A stretch of DNA of 64,000 bases. It comes from Candidatus Heimdallarchaeota archaeon. GTDB lineage: Archaea > Asgardarchaeota > Heimdallarchaeia > Hodarchaeales > Hodarchaeaceae. The notes under the pieces were generated by a model, which was given only the letters and a program-made list of their open reading frames with translations, did not search any database and was not told the DNA's origin. Of the stretch, positions 49,347 to 58,953 are shown piece by piece. The stretch covers positions 32,001 to 96,000 of the forward strand of contig RDOB01000001.1 of NCBI GenBank assembly GCA_011364965.1, given 5' to 3'. The translations under genes were made by a program, and so were the position numbers. Each line of letters starts with the position of its first letter. Position 1 is the stretch's first letter.

Positions 49347-49990
49347 AAAGAAATCCACATAAGGAACTCGCTAAAGGAGCTGAAGCTATAATTTACCAAG
49401 GAAGATTCCTAAATTTCAAAGTTATTCTTAAAAAGAGGGTTCCGAAATTATATAGGTTGCCTGAGATTGATTATAGAATTAGAACCCAACGTTTAAGAAG
49501 TGAAGCAAAAACCATGGTTTCAGCATGGCAATGTGGGGTCCGTGTACCAGAATTACTTGGAATCGATCTTGAGAAGACTACTTTAATCTGTAAATTTATA
49601 GAAGGGGACTTGTTATATACAGCAGTTAGAACACACGATAGTATTCAAAAAATCTTTTTTAAAGTTGGAGAAGAAATAGCCCATCTGCATGCAAATGACC
49701 TGATTCACGGAGATTTAACTGTTTTTAATGTTATAGTTACGGAGAAATTGATTCCCTACATTATCGATTTCGGTTTAGGAGGATTTTCTGGAGAATTAGA
49801 GAGGAAAGCGGATGATTTATTAACTTTTTATAGTACATTGAAAGCTATTACTCCAAAAAACAAGCAATTATTTGAAAATTTTAAACAAGGATATATAAAT
49901 GGCTATTCTGAAGGAATACAAGCCTTAGAACAAATGAGAAAAATTATGAGTAGAGCACGATACATTGCTCGTGAAAATAGATTAGAATGA
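49343..49990 (+). CDS. bud32: KEOPS kinase/ATPase Bud32
   Basis: KGAEA, KKRVPKLYR, HGDLT..N, IDFGL, RARY. Confidence 0.95.
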   Translation: MKRNPHKELAKGAEAIIYQGRFLNFKVILKKRVPKLYRLPEIDYRIRTQRLRSEAKTMVSAWQCGVRVPELLGIDLEKTTLICKFIEGDLLYTAVRTHDSIQKIFFKVGEEIAHLHANDLIHGDLTVFNVIVTEKLIPYIIDFGLGGFSGELERKADDLLTFYSTLKAITPKNKQLFENFKQGYINGYSEGIQALEQMRKIMSRARYIARENRLE

Positions 49991-50027
49991 TTTTAATATA
50001 ATCTAATTGCTTTAGGGACGTAAAAAT

Positions 50028-50783
50028 ATGAAATTCAAGGTTTATACAGAAAAAATGGAATTATTAAAGAAATGTAAGACATTTATTGGAGGTTGGCACG
50101 GCTTAGGTGAAATTGGCTATATTACAGTTTCCCATCTTGTGCAAGAGCTGAATCTAGATCGAATCGCAAGCATTCTATCCAGTGGTGCTCCCCCTTTCAT
50201 ATCAGTTCAGGATAAAATTTTACGATTGCCATTTGAAATATATGGAAAAGAAGGGTTGGATTTTGCGGTTTTTATTCCTCATCTACAACCATATCGTCAT
50301 GTTCAGATTGAATTTTCAGAAAAATTAACAGAATGGATCTTAGATAATGATAATTTTGAAGTTGCATACTTCTTAGGAGGAGTTGATAAAAGATTGAAGT
50401 CATCAGAAAATAGTTTACAGTACATTCCAACAAGAGCCTTCTTCAATTATCCTGCTCTCCCTGAAGATTTCACTGAGGAAGTGGAAGCAAACTTACTTGA
50501 CCCAGGCTTATTTGTTGCTGGACCTCTAGCTATTATGCTAGGTTATTTGGATATGAATGCTTTCCCTGCCATAGGATTGCTTGCATATGCAGAGAGAGAA
50601 CGTCCAGATCCCTTAGGAGCAGTTTCTGCAATCAAGAAGTTGAATTCTCTTCTTAATGTGGAAATAAAAACAGAGGAGCTAATTAAAAACGCTCAAACGA
50701 TAGAAGAAGAGATTAAGCGCCAGTTAGCTCCCATGGAAGAGACGGATAAAGACAAATTAACTGCTAGACGGATGTACACTTAA
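50028..50783 (+). CDS. PAC2-family proteasome assembly chaperone (PbaB-like)
   Basis: GWHGLGEIG, LGG, PDP.GA; C-terminal HbYX motif MYT. Confidence 0.88.
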   Translation: MKFKVYTEKMELLKKCKTFIGGWHGLGEIGYITVSHLVQELNLDRIASILSSGAPPFISVQDKILRLPFEIYGKEGLDFAVFIPHLQPYRHVQIEFSEKLTEWILDNDNFEVAYFLGGVDKRLKSSENSLQYIPTRAFFNYPALPEDFTEEVEANLLDPGLFVAGPLAIMLGYLDMNAFPAIGLLAYAERERPDPLGAVSAIKKLNSLLNVEIKTEELIKNAQTIEEEIKRQLAPMEETDKDKLTARRMYT

Positions 50784-50797
50784 TCTACTTTATTAAC

Positions 50798-51610
50798 CTA
50801 TTTACCATAACGACGTTGACGTGATTGATAAACGCGAATAGCTCTCCAAAGATCAATTTTCCTAAAACCTGGGAAGAATACATCTGCAAAATAAAGCTCA
50901 CTATAAGCTGATTGCCAAGTTAAAAAACCAGAAAGACGTTCTTCACCAGAAGTTCGTATAATGAGATCAGGGTCGGGTATACCATTAGTATAGAGATGCC
51001 GTTCTACCACGATTTCATTAATATCTTCGGTTTTCATTTCCCCTTTTTCAATTTTTTTCGCAATGGATCTAATTGCGTCAATCATTTCAGCCCTGCCTCC
51101 ATAACCAACGGCTATGATTAATGTAGGTCCATGTTCATCGGTTTTTGTACTTTCAACAGCATCATGAATAGCATCTTGGACATTCTTGGGTAATAGATGA
51201 GTTCTACCAATAACTTTGATCTTTACATTTCGCTTTTTAATTTCGGGATGGCCTACAATCTCCCGAAAGGTTTTTTCGAAAATTGACATTAACTGTTGTA
51301 CTTCTTCCTCATTTCGCTGAAAATTCTCTGTAGAAAACGCATAAAGTGTTAGATATTCAATTCTAAGATCCCACATCCACTTTAGTATTTCTTTCAGCTT
51401 CTCTCTTCCCAGTTGGTGGCCATAAGTAGCAGGTAGGTTTTTAGCTTTTGCATAACGGCGGTTCCCATCCATAATTAAAGCAACGTGTTGAGGATGAATA
51501 CCTTGTTCAATTCCATCTTTTATCTGAGCCCAAAGACGCCGTTCATATAATCGATATAGAATTGAATCGAAATTGAGCTTCAAGTGGTAATCACCAGAAC
51601 ATTTTAGCAA
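50798..51610 (-). CDS. uppS: cis-prenyltransferase (UppS family)
   Basis: HVALIMDGNRR, YAFSTENFQR, YGGR, DLIIRTSGEERLSGFL, RRYG. Confidence 0.96.
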   Translation of the reverse strand: MLKCSGDYHLKLNFDSILYRLYERRLWAQIKDGIEQGIHPQHVALIMDGNRRYAKAKNLPATYGHQLGREKLKEILKWMWDLRIEYLTLYAFSTENFQRNEEEVQQLMSIFEKTFREIVGHPEIKKRNVKIKVIGRTHLLPKNVQDAIHDAVESTKTDEHGPTLIIAVGYGGRAEMIDAIRSIAKKIEKGEMKTEDINEIVVERHLYTNGIPDPDLIIRTSGEERLSGFLTWQSAYSELYFADVFFPGFRKIDLWRAIRVYQSRQRRYGK

Positions 51611-51791
51611 GACTTGCTTTTAATTTTAAATTAAATGGAATGATTCCTCCGCAATTAGTATACCATCAAAGATCATATAAAAAATTAGTTCAACTCTCAT
51701 GTAGTTAAAAAAAAATTTACATTCTTGGAACAATATGCACTATCGTATTCATAAGGGAGTAATAATAACTAAAGAAATTTAGAAAAATAAA

Positions 51792-51906
51792 TGCGGGGGG
51801 TGAGATTTGAACTCACGAACACCTACGTGACTAGGATTTTGACCTATTAGTACTCACCAAACAGGACCTCAACCTAGCTCCTTTGACCTGGCTGGGAAAC
51901 CCCCGC
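51792..51906 (-). tRNA. tRNA-Leu(GAG) with 30-nt canonical 37/38 intron (51837-51866)
   Basis: Acceptor GCGGGGG/CCCCCGC-A, long variable arm, GTGAG-TTCAAAT-CTCAC; clean BHB (TTGA/TCAA helix with GGT and AAT bulges). Confidence 0.95.
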
Positions 51907-52042
51907 ACAGTTATGAATTTCATTTTTATGATTTATTTTCATGTATTTTATACAAAATGCTTTTTCAACCGATTTTATTAATTTTTTTTGTTTCGGAGTT
52001 CTATTTCAACATTTTTTTTGAAAGATATGATTTAGGGAGTAA

Positions 52043-52405
52043 TTATTTTACAACTATCACATATTCTCTTAAAGCTACTTTAAACTCTGATATAGCTTTT
52101 GTTGAGAAAAGTCGCAACATTAAACCACCGGCTGAAAATGAATAAACTTGTTCATCATCTTGATCACGTGTTCTAAAGGAAGTTGCGTTATACACGATTT
52201 TAGCATTGGAATATGTGGAAGATGCTGGTGCCTTTTCACGAGGGAATATATCTATTTCAAACTCCTTAATATCCTCCATTGGTACAACTTTTGATGGTAT
52301 TTCAATTTTTCCACGAATGGCCTTTTCTTCATCTCTAAAATCGATAAGCCAAAGATCATTGTCCGTATCTTCTTCGATTCGCATTCGCTCAGCTTTTATA
52401 TTCAT
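52043..52405 (-). CDS. rpo8: RNA polymerase subunit Rpo8 (RpoG/RPB8)
   Basis: OB-fold size with SFSAGGLMLRL (GGLL-type signature); follows the SmAP3 gene. Confidence 0.8.
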   Translation of the reverse strand: MNIKAERMRIEEDTDNDLWLIDFRDEEKAIRGKIEIPSKVVPMEDIKEFEIDIFPREKAPASSTYSNAKIVYNATSFRTRDQDDEQVYSFSAGGLMLRLFSTKAISEFKVALREYVIVVK

Positions 52406-52420
52406 TAAATTGTCCCCGTT

Positions 52421-52879
52421 TTATGTTTCTGGAGCCTGTGTTTTTGCATAACGATCAAATATAGCCCGAACACGATCAGCAACGGGTCCAGAACCTTCAA
52501 CACCAGTTTCAGAGACTTTTACTCTTTCCAAGACCACAATAAGCCCTGCTTCATCATAAACCTTAACATCACCAGGCCGTCGGAAAATTTGTTCAAGTTC
52601 TTCCTTCAAACCAGAAAGATCAAATGGAGCTTCTTCCAAATAAATTTCAGAAACTTGATCTCCATTTATACATATTCTGTGAAGTTCTGTAAGTTCTCCC
52701 TCTCGTTTTGCTTTGACAAGGACACATGTAAGAGTTTCAGGATTAACTCCTTTTAATTCCCCAACATATTTCTTTGCATTTTTTAGAATAACAGCAACCC
52801 GTTTATTTGTAAATGCGGTGATTTCTTTCTGATAACCTCGTTTAGCTGCACCTAGCATACTCAAACCTAATGCCTCCAA
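52421..52879 (-). CDS. Sm-like protein with C-terminal domain (SmAP3 type)
   Basis: Sm1 V.VIL..KKYVGELKG, Sm2 INGDQVSEI, C-terminal domain VKVSETGVEGSGP. Confidence 0.9.
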   Translation of the reverse strand: MEALGLSMLGAAKRGYQKEITAFTNKRVAVILKNAKKYVGELKGVNPETLTCVLVKAKREGELTELHRICINGDQVSEIYLEEAPFDLSGLKEELEQIFRRPGDVKVYDEAGLIVVLERVKVSETGVEGSGPVADRVRAIFDRYAKTQAPET

Positions 52880-52895
52880 TCTTGAAGATTATCCA

Positions 52896-53067
52896 CTATA
52901 AGCGGTATAGAGTCAAATATTGGCAAGAATACCAAAATAATAAGATCTAATTGCCCAGATATCATAGACTGGGCATATTATAATCAGATTAGACGCCCTT
53001 TGCTTGGTTTAAATTCTTTACCAGAAAAGGTAGGAATTAAGCAGGATTAGCTTAATTCCCCCTATAG
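52896..53067. other. Multi-hairpin structured intergenic element (possible ncRNA or leader)
   Basis: Stems GGAATTAAGC/GCTTAATTCC (53033-53059), TGCCCAG/CTGGGCA (52952-52975) with outer TCTAAT/ATTAGA, CTATA/TATAG (52896-52910). Confidence 0.45.
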
Positions 53068-53079
53068 CTACATAAGGAG

Positions 53080-53388
53080 CTATCGAGATTCTAATTCACG
53101 TGTTTTTTTATACAATTCCCAATCAATGTTCGTTTTTAGAATCCTCTCAATTTGAACACCTGAATCGACTTTATAGCCAAAAATTAATACCATTTCTTCA
53201 GGAAACGTCTCAATTAGAATATCAGGGGTTAGAGTAAATTTAAATTCCGCAAACTCATCCGAAACAAGAATTGAATCACTGCCAACAGATTTAACCTTAC
53301 CATATAGCTGAAATTTGGTACCAGATGTTAAATTAGCAAGAGAAAGTATTGTAACTTCTCCATAGGGCATAATGGATCTTCTTCTCAC
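53080..53388 (-). CDS. RPA14/RPA3-like small OB-fold protein
   Basis: FQLYGKVKSV, MVLIFG, C-terminal IDWELYKK helix typical of the RPA trimerisation core. Confidence 0.7.
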   Translation of the reverse strand: MRRRSIMPYGEVTILSLANLTSGTKFQLYGKVKSVGSDSILVSDEFAEFKFTLTPDILIETFPEEMVLIFGYKVDSGVQIERILKTNIDWELYKKTRELESR

Positions 53389-53633
53389 ATAAAAACCTTC
53401 TCAATATCAATGATAGTATACAATACTGAATTATTTCAAGGTAATGCTCAATTGCAATTCAAAGATTAAGCTTCAATTTAATATTATTAAAATATTAAGC
53501 TTAGCAATTTTTTAAATTTCTCTAACAGTCATTAATCAATAATAGTTTAAAGTTGAAATTATTAATTTTTTCCAATATTATAATCCTCTTACTATCAACC
53601 TCCTTAAAAAATGTGAAGAAAAGAGCTTTTAAT

Positions 53634-53966
53634 ATGCAGTTCTGTGAATGTGGGACTCTATTAGTCCCTAATAGACTGGAAGACGGTACAATTATGATGA
53701 AATGCCCCGCATGCGGAAATACTGTGAATTCCGAATCAAATGCGGAAGCTTTCGAGATTAAACAGGTAATTCGGCACTCTGAAAACGAAAAGATGGTAGT
53801 AGTTGACGAAGAAGTTAATACAATGCCAATTGCTACCGTAAAATGTACTAAATGTGGAAATAATGAAGCTGTTTATTGGCAATTGCAGACTAGAAGCGCC
53901 GATGAAGCATCCACTACGTTTTATAGATGTAAAAAGTGTAAGTTTACATGGCGTGACTACGGATAA
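53634..53966 (+). CDS. tfs: Transcription factor S (TFS, RpoM/RPC11-like)
   Basis: MQFCECG..CPACG; CTKCG..QTRSADE..FYRCKKC. Confidence 0.95.
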   Translation: MQFCECGTLLVPNRLEDGTIMMKCPACGNTVNSESNAEAFEIKQVIRHSENEKMVVVDEEVNTMPIATVKCTKCGNNEAVYWQLQTRSADEASTTFYRCKKCKFTWRDYG

Positions 53967-53980
53967 AGATTAGTATTAGA

Positions 53981-54667
53981 TTACGCTTTTTCTATAACTA
54001 TTATTGCATGCTTTTTTTCAAACGTATCAATTGTAGAAAATTCAAGAATTGATAAAGAAAATTTATCCTCTAATTCTTTCATTTGGTTTGAAAAAACTTC
54101 CTCAGGCTCTAATGACACATCTATACTTTGAGATTTGATAGCTAATACCCCTTTACCCCCCTGTTTCAAAAATTCATTCGCGTTTCTTCCAAAAATAGTC
54201 GCTTGATCCGGCTGCGCAACATCTTGATAAATTAAATCAACAGAAAAGATAAATTTTGAATATTCTTCGGGTTTTCTAGCATCTGCTAGGATAGGTACTA
54301 AATTTGTGCGCTGCTCAGATAATCTAAAAAACTTTCTCATTACTTTGGGGGAGAATTCAATGCCATAAATAAGCCCTTTATCTAAAATATCAGAGAAATG
54401 AGAAGCAGTAGTCCCTGTCGACACCCCTAAATATAATATTTTTTCATCAAAAATTTGTGGAAGTTGTTTCATTCCAGATAAATATGCTGCTGCAAATTTT
54501 GATCTATAAGGATCCCATGTTCGGTATTCTACTCCTTCAACATTAATAAGCTGTTCGCCATAAACAGCTTTTCCAGGAGTCTTATTTTGTGTAACTAAAC
54601 GCGGCTTCTCATCTTTCAATATGTACATTCCTTCGATATATGTTTTTGAAAGCTTCATCATAATCAT
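53981..54667 (-). CDS. flpA: Fibrillarin-like 2'-O-methyltransferase
   Basis: VYGE, WDPYRSK, LYLG..GTT.SH, DVAQPDQ. Confidence 0.96.
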   Translation of the reverse strand: MIMMKLSKTYIEGMYILKDEKPRLVTQNKTPGKAVYGEQLINVEGVEYRTWDPYRSKFAAAYLSGMKQLPQIFDEKILYLGVSTGTTASHFSDILDKGLIYGIEFSPKVMRKFFRLSEQRTNLVPILADARKPEEYSKFIFSVDLIYQDVAQPDQATIFGRNANEFLKQGGKGVLAIKSQSIDVSLEPEEVFSNQMKELEDKFSLSILEFSTIDTFEKKHAIIVIEKA

Positions 54668-55923
54668 CCCTTTTTTTTAAAGTCCTTTGATTTCCCAGAT
54701 TTCTTTCCATAAGGCCTTTTTCGATCTTGTTTTCCTCTCTTTTTAGGCTTTTGTCGCTTTTGTCGCTTTTGCTCAAGTTGGCGCTCAGATGGTTCTGGAA
54801 ATGTAGCTTTAATCTCATTGACTCTTTTTTCTAGGTCTTGAAGGAGAGTAGGACCAATAAATTCTCCACTAAAGAAATCTACACGAGCAGCAATACTAAG
54901 TTTTCCCGCTAAAGCTCGTGCGATCTTTCCTCTTTGATGTTTTTTAGCAGAGTGCAAAAATGGGGACTGAAAAATCACACCATGTTTTGGAGGATCCTCT
55001 CCCGATTTCAAATGCCTGAATAAAGCTTTTTCTGCTCCCAAAACTTGTATTGTTCCGGAAGATGATTTCGCTAGGTTTTCTAAGCTTCCTACTAAAGCTA
55101 TTAACCTAGCACCCAACAAGCTACCTACCAAACACTGAATATTGGGTGCCACCTCTTTCATACTTTCATCTATATATTTTTCCAAACTATCTTTTATCCT
55201 AAGAATTTCGACGCCAAACGTGGCTAGCTCGGATATTGGTTTCATGTCGAAATGAGAAATACTGGCGCCTAGTGAATGTTGTGCAGCTTCTAGTATCAAG
55301 GACCTTCTTTTCTCTGAAATATGGGATAATAAATCCTCTTGTATCTCTTCTCGTGTTTGACCTTTAGTTTTAGCTAAAAGCGTGATATATTGAGAGTTAT
55401 CTCTTACTAAATCCTGAAGCTCAGGAAAATGAATACTATACCATTCTGATAATCTAGCGTATATTAAATTGAGAATTGAATTAACATCATCAATACTATT
55501 GATAGCTTGGGCTATATATATATCTCGTGCTTCAACTTGGTCTCTTAGGAGCGATCTAGTATATTCTAGAGCTTTTAACCGCATAATGGAATCATATTTC
55601 TGAGTAGGATATTTTTTCTCGCAATAATCAAGAATTGTTTTACGAAATGTAGCAAATTCACCCGTATTTGTGAATCTGACATTTTTATAGCCTATTTTCC
55701 TTAGGTAAGTGTTTAATACTTGATTATCAGATACTATCTCCTCGTTGAGGTCTGTAATCAATTCAAGTAACTTTTGATTATTATTTATAAGAAACTGCTC
55801 TAGGTTTTCGTCTTTTATTTCATCTTCCTCAAGAAATGAAATTGAACCAATGATATCAGTTTCGCTATCGTTGTTTACTTCACCAATGAAAAGCTTAGTG
55901 GCTGTTATCAGAATATATTTCAA
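54664..55923 (-). CDS. nop5: C/D box RNP protein Nop5/Nop56
   Basis: EWYSIHFPEL, APN, IQVLGAEKALF, PKHG, RGKIAR; basic tail. Confidence 0.96.
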   Translation of the reverse strand: MKYILITATKLFIGEVNNDSETDIIGSISFLEEDEIKDENLEQFLINNNQKLLELITDLNEEIVSDNQVLNTYLRKIGYKNVRFTNTGEFATFRKTILDYCEKKYPTQKYDSIMRLKALEYTRSLLRDQVEARDIYIAQAINSIDDVNSILNLIYARLSEWYSIHFPELQDLVRDNSQYITLLAKTKGQTREEIQEDLLSHISEKRRSLILEAAQHSLGASISHFDMKPISELATFGVEILRIKDSLEKYIDESMKEVAPNIQCLVGSLLGARLIALVGSLENLAKSSSGTIQVLGAEKALFRHLKSGEDPPKHGVIFQSPFLHSAKKHQRGKIARALAGKLSIAARVDFFSGEFIGPTLLQDLEKRVNEIKATFPEPSERQLEQKRQKRQKPKKRGKQDRKRPYGKKSGKSKDFKKKG

Positions 55924-56049
55924 GTTTTAACACCTTTTTCTGAGGATCAAGCGGAATCTTGTAACCATAAAATTGTTTCTTTTTCACTTTTTATTAAAGA
56001 TAACAAATAAAAAAAAGCTTAAATTCCAAATCATTAAATTGAATTTTTA

Positions 56050-56301
56050 ATGAGTTGTTCAGAAAAGAAAAGAGGATTATTCTTGAGCAAGATTGAAGAT
56101 AACAACGGCATAGAAGGTATGAATTCGCGTCAAAAACCTATTAGTATTAAAATTCCGGATCAAATCCTAATACTTATTGATAATTTTGTACGATTAGAGA
56201 GATATGAGTCGCGATCACATTTCCTTAGAATTGCCATTGAAGAATTGCTGAAACAAGAATTGGGAACGTGGGAAAAGCTCGTGAACCAAATATCAGAATG
56301 A
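56050..56301 (+). CDS. Ribbon-helix-helix (CopG-like) regulator
   Basis: ISIKIP..ID..V..YESRSHFLRIAIEELL; true start may be ATG 56119. Confidence 0.8.
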   Translation: MSCSEKKRGLFLSKIEDNNGIEGMNSRQKPISIKIPDQILILIDNFVRLERYESRSHFLRIAIEELLKQELGTWEKLVNQISE

Positions 56302-56306
56302 TCTAA

Positions 56307-56933
56307 ATGGGATTCTACATGTTTTCGTTTTCTAAGACAGAAAGACAAGATCTACTCCTAGGAACCTTAATTTTCACCTTAGTTGAGTTATCAGTGATTG
56401 TTTATCAGTTTAATATTTTCTCCAATGTAAATATTGAATTCTTTGGATTTTTAGCACTTGTTGGAATCTCATGTATCCCTTTATTCCTATTCCATGAAAT
56501 AGCGCACAAATTGACAGCTCAGGGATATGGTTTATACTCAGAATTCAGATTAAACAAACAGTGGGCGATTTATTCTCTGTTAACAGTTTTAATCCCTTTT
56601 AAAATTATTGCACCAGGCGCAGTAATAACAACTGGAACTTTAGATAGAGATATCAATGCCCGTATCGCGATGGCTGGACCCTTAGTTAATCTACTATTAG
56701 GAGGAGTCTTTTTTATCTTGATATTTATTACAAATAGCGAGTGGAGGTTAATTTTCTTATTTACGAGTAAATTTACATTCGATATTGCCCTCTTCAACCT
56801 CCTTCCCTTTTCAATTTTAGATGGTTCAAAAATAATCATCTGGAATAAATACGTTTATTACCTTCTTATCTTCATTAGTGTTTCAATGTGGCTTTTTCAT
56901 CCATTTGGATTATTTGGGATGGTATTATTGTGA
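56307..56933 (+). CDS. Site-2 protease (M50) family intramembrane metalloprotease
   Basis: HEIAH, AGPLVN, FNLLPFSILDG. Confidence 0.92.
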   Translation: MGFYMFSFSKTERQDLLLGTLIFTLVELSVIVYQFNIFSNVNIEFFGFLALVGISCIPLFLFHEIAHKLTAQGYGLYSEFRLNKQWAIYSLLTVLIPFKIIAPGAVITTGTLDRDINARIAMAGPLVNLLLGGVFFILIFITNSEWRLIFLFTSKFTFDIALFNLLPFSILDGSKIIIWNKYVYYLLIFISVSMWLFHPFGLFGMVLL

Positions 56934-57340
56934 TAAATTTAACTGGACGTGAACGGAATGTACTCTTATTTTGTACTTTAATAACCATCGGTGCAATATT
57001 AACCAGTTTTATCCTCAGCTTCGCAGAGATAAAATTTCTCATAATTGGTACGTCCTTAACTGCTGAAATGGCCTTAATTGGATATATTTATGTCATATCT
57101 CCTATGAAATATCAATCCACATCTACAAGGTATTATAATAAAAGAATAATAAATAGAAATTCGACATTTGCTCCTAATATTACACCTCCACCTCCTGTAT
57201 CCAAAAAAACTGTTTTAAAGGGAAAATGTGATCAATGTAGTGAGCTTGTACTAATGGGATTTACCTGCTCTTATTGCCATGGTTATTTTTGCACCTTGCA
57301 TCGTCTGCCTGAAAAACATTCCTGTCCAGCACTCAGATAA
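56930..57340 (+). CDS. Membrane-anchored AN1-type zinc-finger protein (GTG start overlapping the S2P stop)
   Basis: Two TM segments, PPPP linker, CDQC..FTCSYC..FCTLHRLPEKHSC. Confidence 0.85.
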   Translation: MINLTGRERNVLLFCTLITIGAILTSFILSFAEIKFLIIGTSLTAEMALIGYIYVISPMKYQSTSTRYYNKRIINRNSTFAPNITPPPPVSKKTVLKGKCDQCSELVLMGFTCSYCHGYFCTLHRLPEKHSCPALR

Positions 57341-58813
57341 TTATTGAGAAAAAAAAGCATGTAGTATCTCTGATATTAACAAGTTTAATATACTGAAGAT
57401 CAGGAAAACATAATAAAGAGATTGAGAGAGAAATGAACCTCCTAATCCTAGGCTACGTATAAATCCGATCAGTAAAATGAATAAATAGACTATCTCAATA
57501 AAAAATATTTTGTCTAAGGGGATTTCTTCGCGAATTTTGATCGATTGGATGGTTTTATTATCCAGTAAATGAAATTTTGGAGTTCGTACGAACTCTCCAC
57601 CTTGAAAAAAAAGACCAGTAATTGTACCGAAACCCATTCTAACAATTAAACCTGCGCCCCAAAATAGGAATAAGGGTATCAATAGTATATGCCATAGTGG
57701 TCTATTAGCTCTTACAATAGTTATCATATAAGTGATTATACCGCAAATTGTGGCTATCGAGAAAAAGATACCAAATACAAATACTGAATCAGCGCGATAT
57801 TGCGAGAAGTACAATAGAAATGAACCAGTTATTGTATTAATAAGGATCATTAAGGGAACCATATATGTAGTTAAATGTAGAATCCCTTGTACTCGTGATT
57901 TATCGTGATTTCCTGATAGAAAAAGCTTTAAGTTCTTAATAATGTTTTGGGAAAAGCCTTTAGACCATCTACTTTGCTGTATTATCCAGCATCGCAACGT
58001 TGGAGGAATCTCTTGACGGTTCGTTGCATCTCTAATGTACAGAATATCGAACCCTAACATTTGTGCCCTATAAGCAAGATCTAAATCTTCTGCTAATGTG
58101 CGTGAAGACCATCCTCCACTTTGTTCTATAACAGATTTTCTCCAGACACCTCCAGTCCCATTGAAATTCATAAAAGCATTTCTTTGTTTCCTGCCAGGTT
58201 TTTCAACAAGGAAATGTTGATCCAAACCAATAGACATTGCTTTTGTAAAGAGTGAAAAGTCCAAATTAGAGTGATCCCAACGTGCATTAACAGCTCCAAT
58301 TCTCTCATTACTCTTGAAATAATGTATGATTTGCTCCAAGAATAGTGGATTTACCTGAAAATCAGCATCAAATATCGCTATAAATTCGGAGGTGATACTT
58401 TTGATTCCATTTTCCAATGCTCCTGCTTTATATCCATCTCGATTTTCACGGTGGATAATTTCAAAATTAAATCCTTTATTTGTCAACTTAGCGACCTCAG
58501 AGGATATAATGCTAGAGGTATGATCAGTAGAATCATCAAGAACTTGAAACTTCAATAAATTTTTCGGATAAAGAAGTTTGGTTATCTCTGTAAGGGTTGA
58601 TTTTATAACTTTGGATTCATTATATACGGGAAGCTGTATAGTAACGCTGGGAAGCTCATTATCCTTGTAATGAGATTTGGCGACTGGATCTACCCAATTT
58701 CTTGACGAAATTGCTAGTAAAAGCATATTTATAGGATATGGAATAAGAATCAATCCAGAAATTATATTTAAGGATAGTAATAGATAGAAAGAACAAATAA
58801 TAATAGTTTCCAC
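57341..58813 (-). CDS. GT2 processive glycosyltransferase (cellulose-synthase-like, CslA/C type); ORF open from 58897
   Basis: QLPVYNE, DDS, GYKAGAL, FDADF, LAEDLD, QQSRW; C-terminal TMs. Confidence 0.92.
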   Translation of the reverse strand: METIIICSFYLLLSLNIISGLILIPYPINMLLLAISSRNWVDPVAKSHYKDNELPSVTIQLPVYNESKVIKSTLTEITKLLYPKNLLKFQVLDDSTDHTSSIISSEVAKLTNKGFNFEIIHRENRDGYKAGALENGIKSITSEFIAIFDADFQVNPLFLEQIIHYFKSNERIGAVNARWDHSNLDFSLFTKAMSIGLDQHFLVEKPGRKQRNAFMNFNGTGGVWRKSVIEQSGGWSSRTLAEDLDLAYRAQMLGFDILYIRDATNRQEIPPTLRCWIIQQSRWSKGFSQNIIKNLKLFLSGNHDKSRVQGILHLTTYMVPLMILINTITGSFLLYFSQYRADSVFVFGIFFSIATICGIITYMITIVRANRPLWHILLIPLFLFWGAGLIVRMGFGTITGLFFQGGEFVRTPKFHLLDNKTIQSIKIREEIPLDKIFFIEIVYLFILLIGFIRSLGLGGSFLSQSLYYVFLIFSILNLLISEILHAFFSQ

Positions 58814-58953
58814 TTCATTCCTTCCATTTGAGCATGAATGGTAGCAGATTATCTCGAAGGACTCTTTCTTAAACGAAAGAATTAGGGGATTTTTCAATAT
58901 TTGTTAATACCTTTTTTAAAGATAAAACGCATCCTCTTTTCTAAAAGCAAAAG

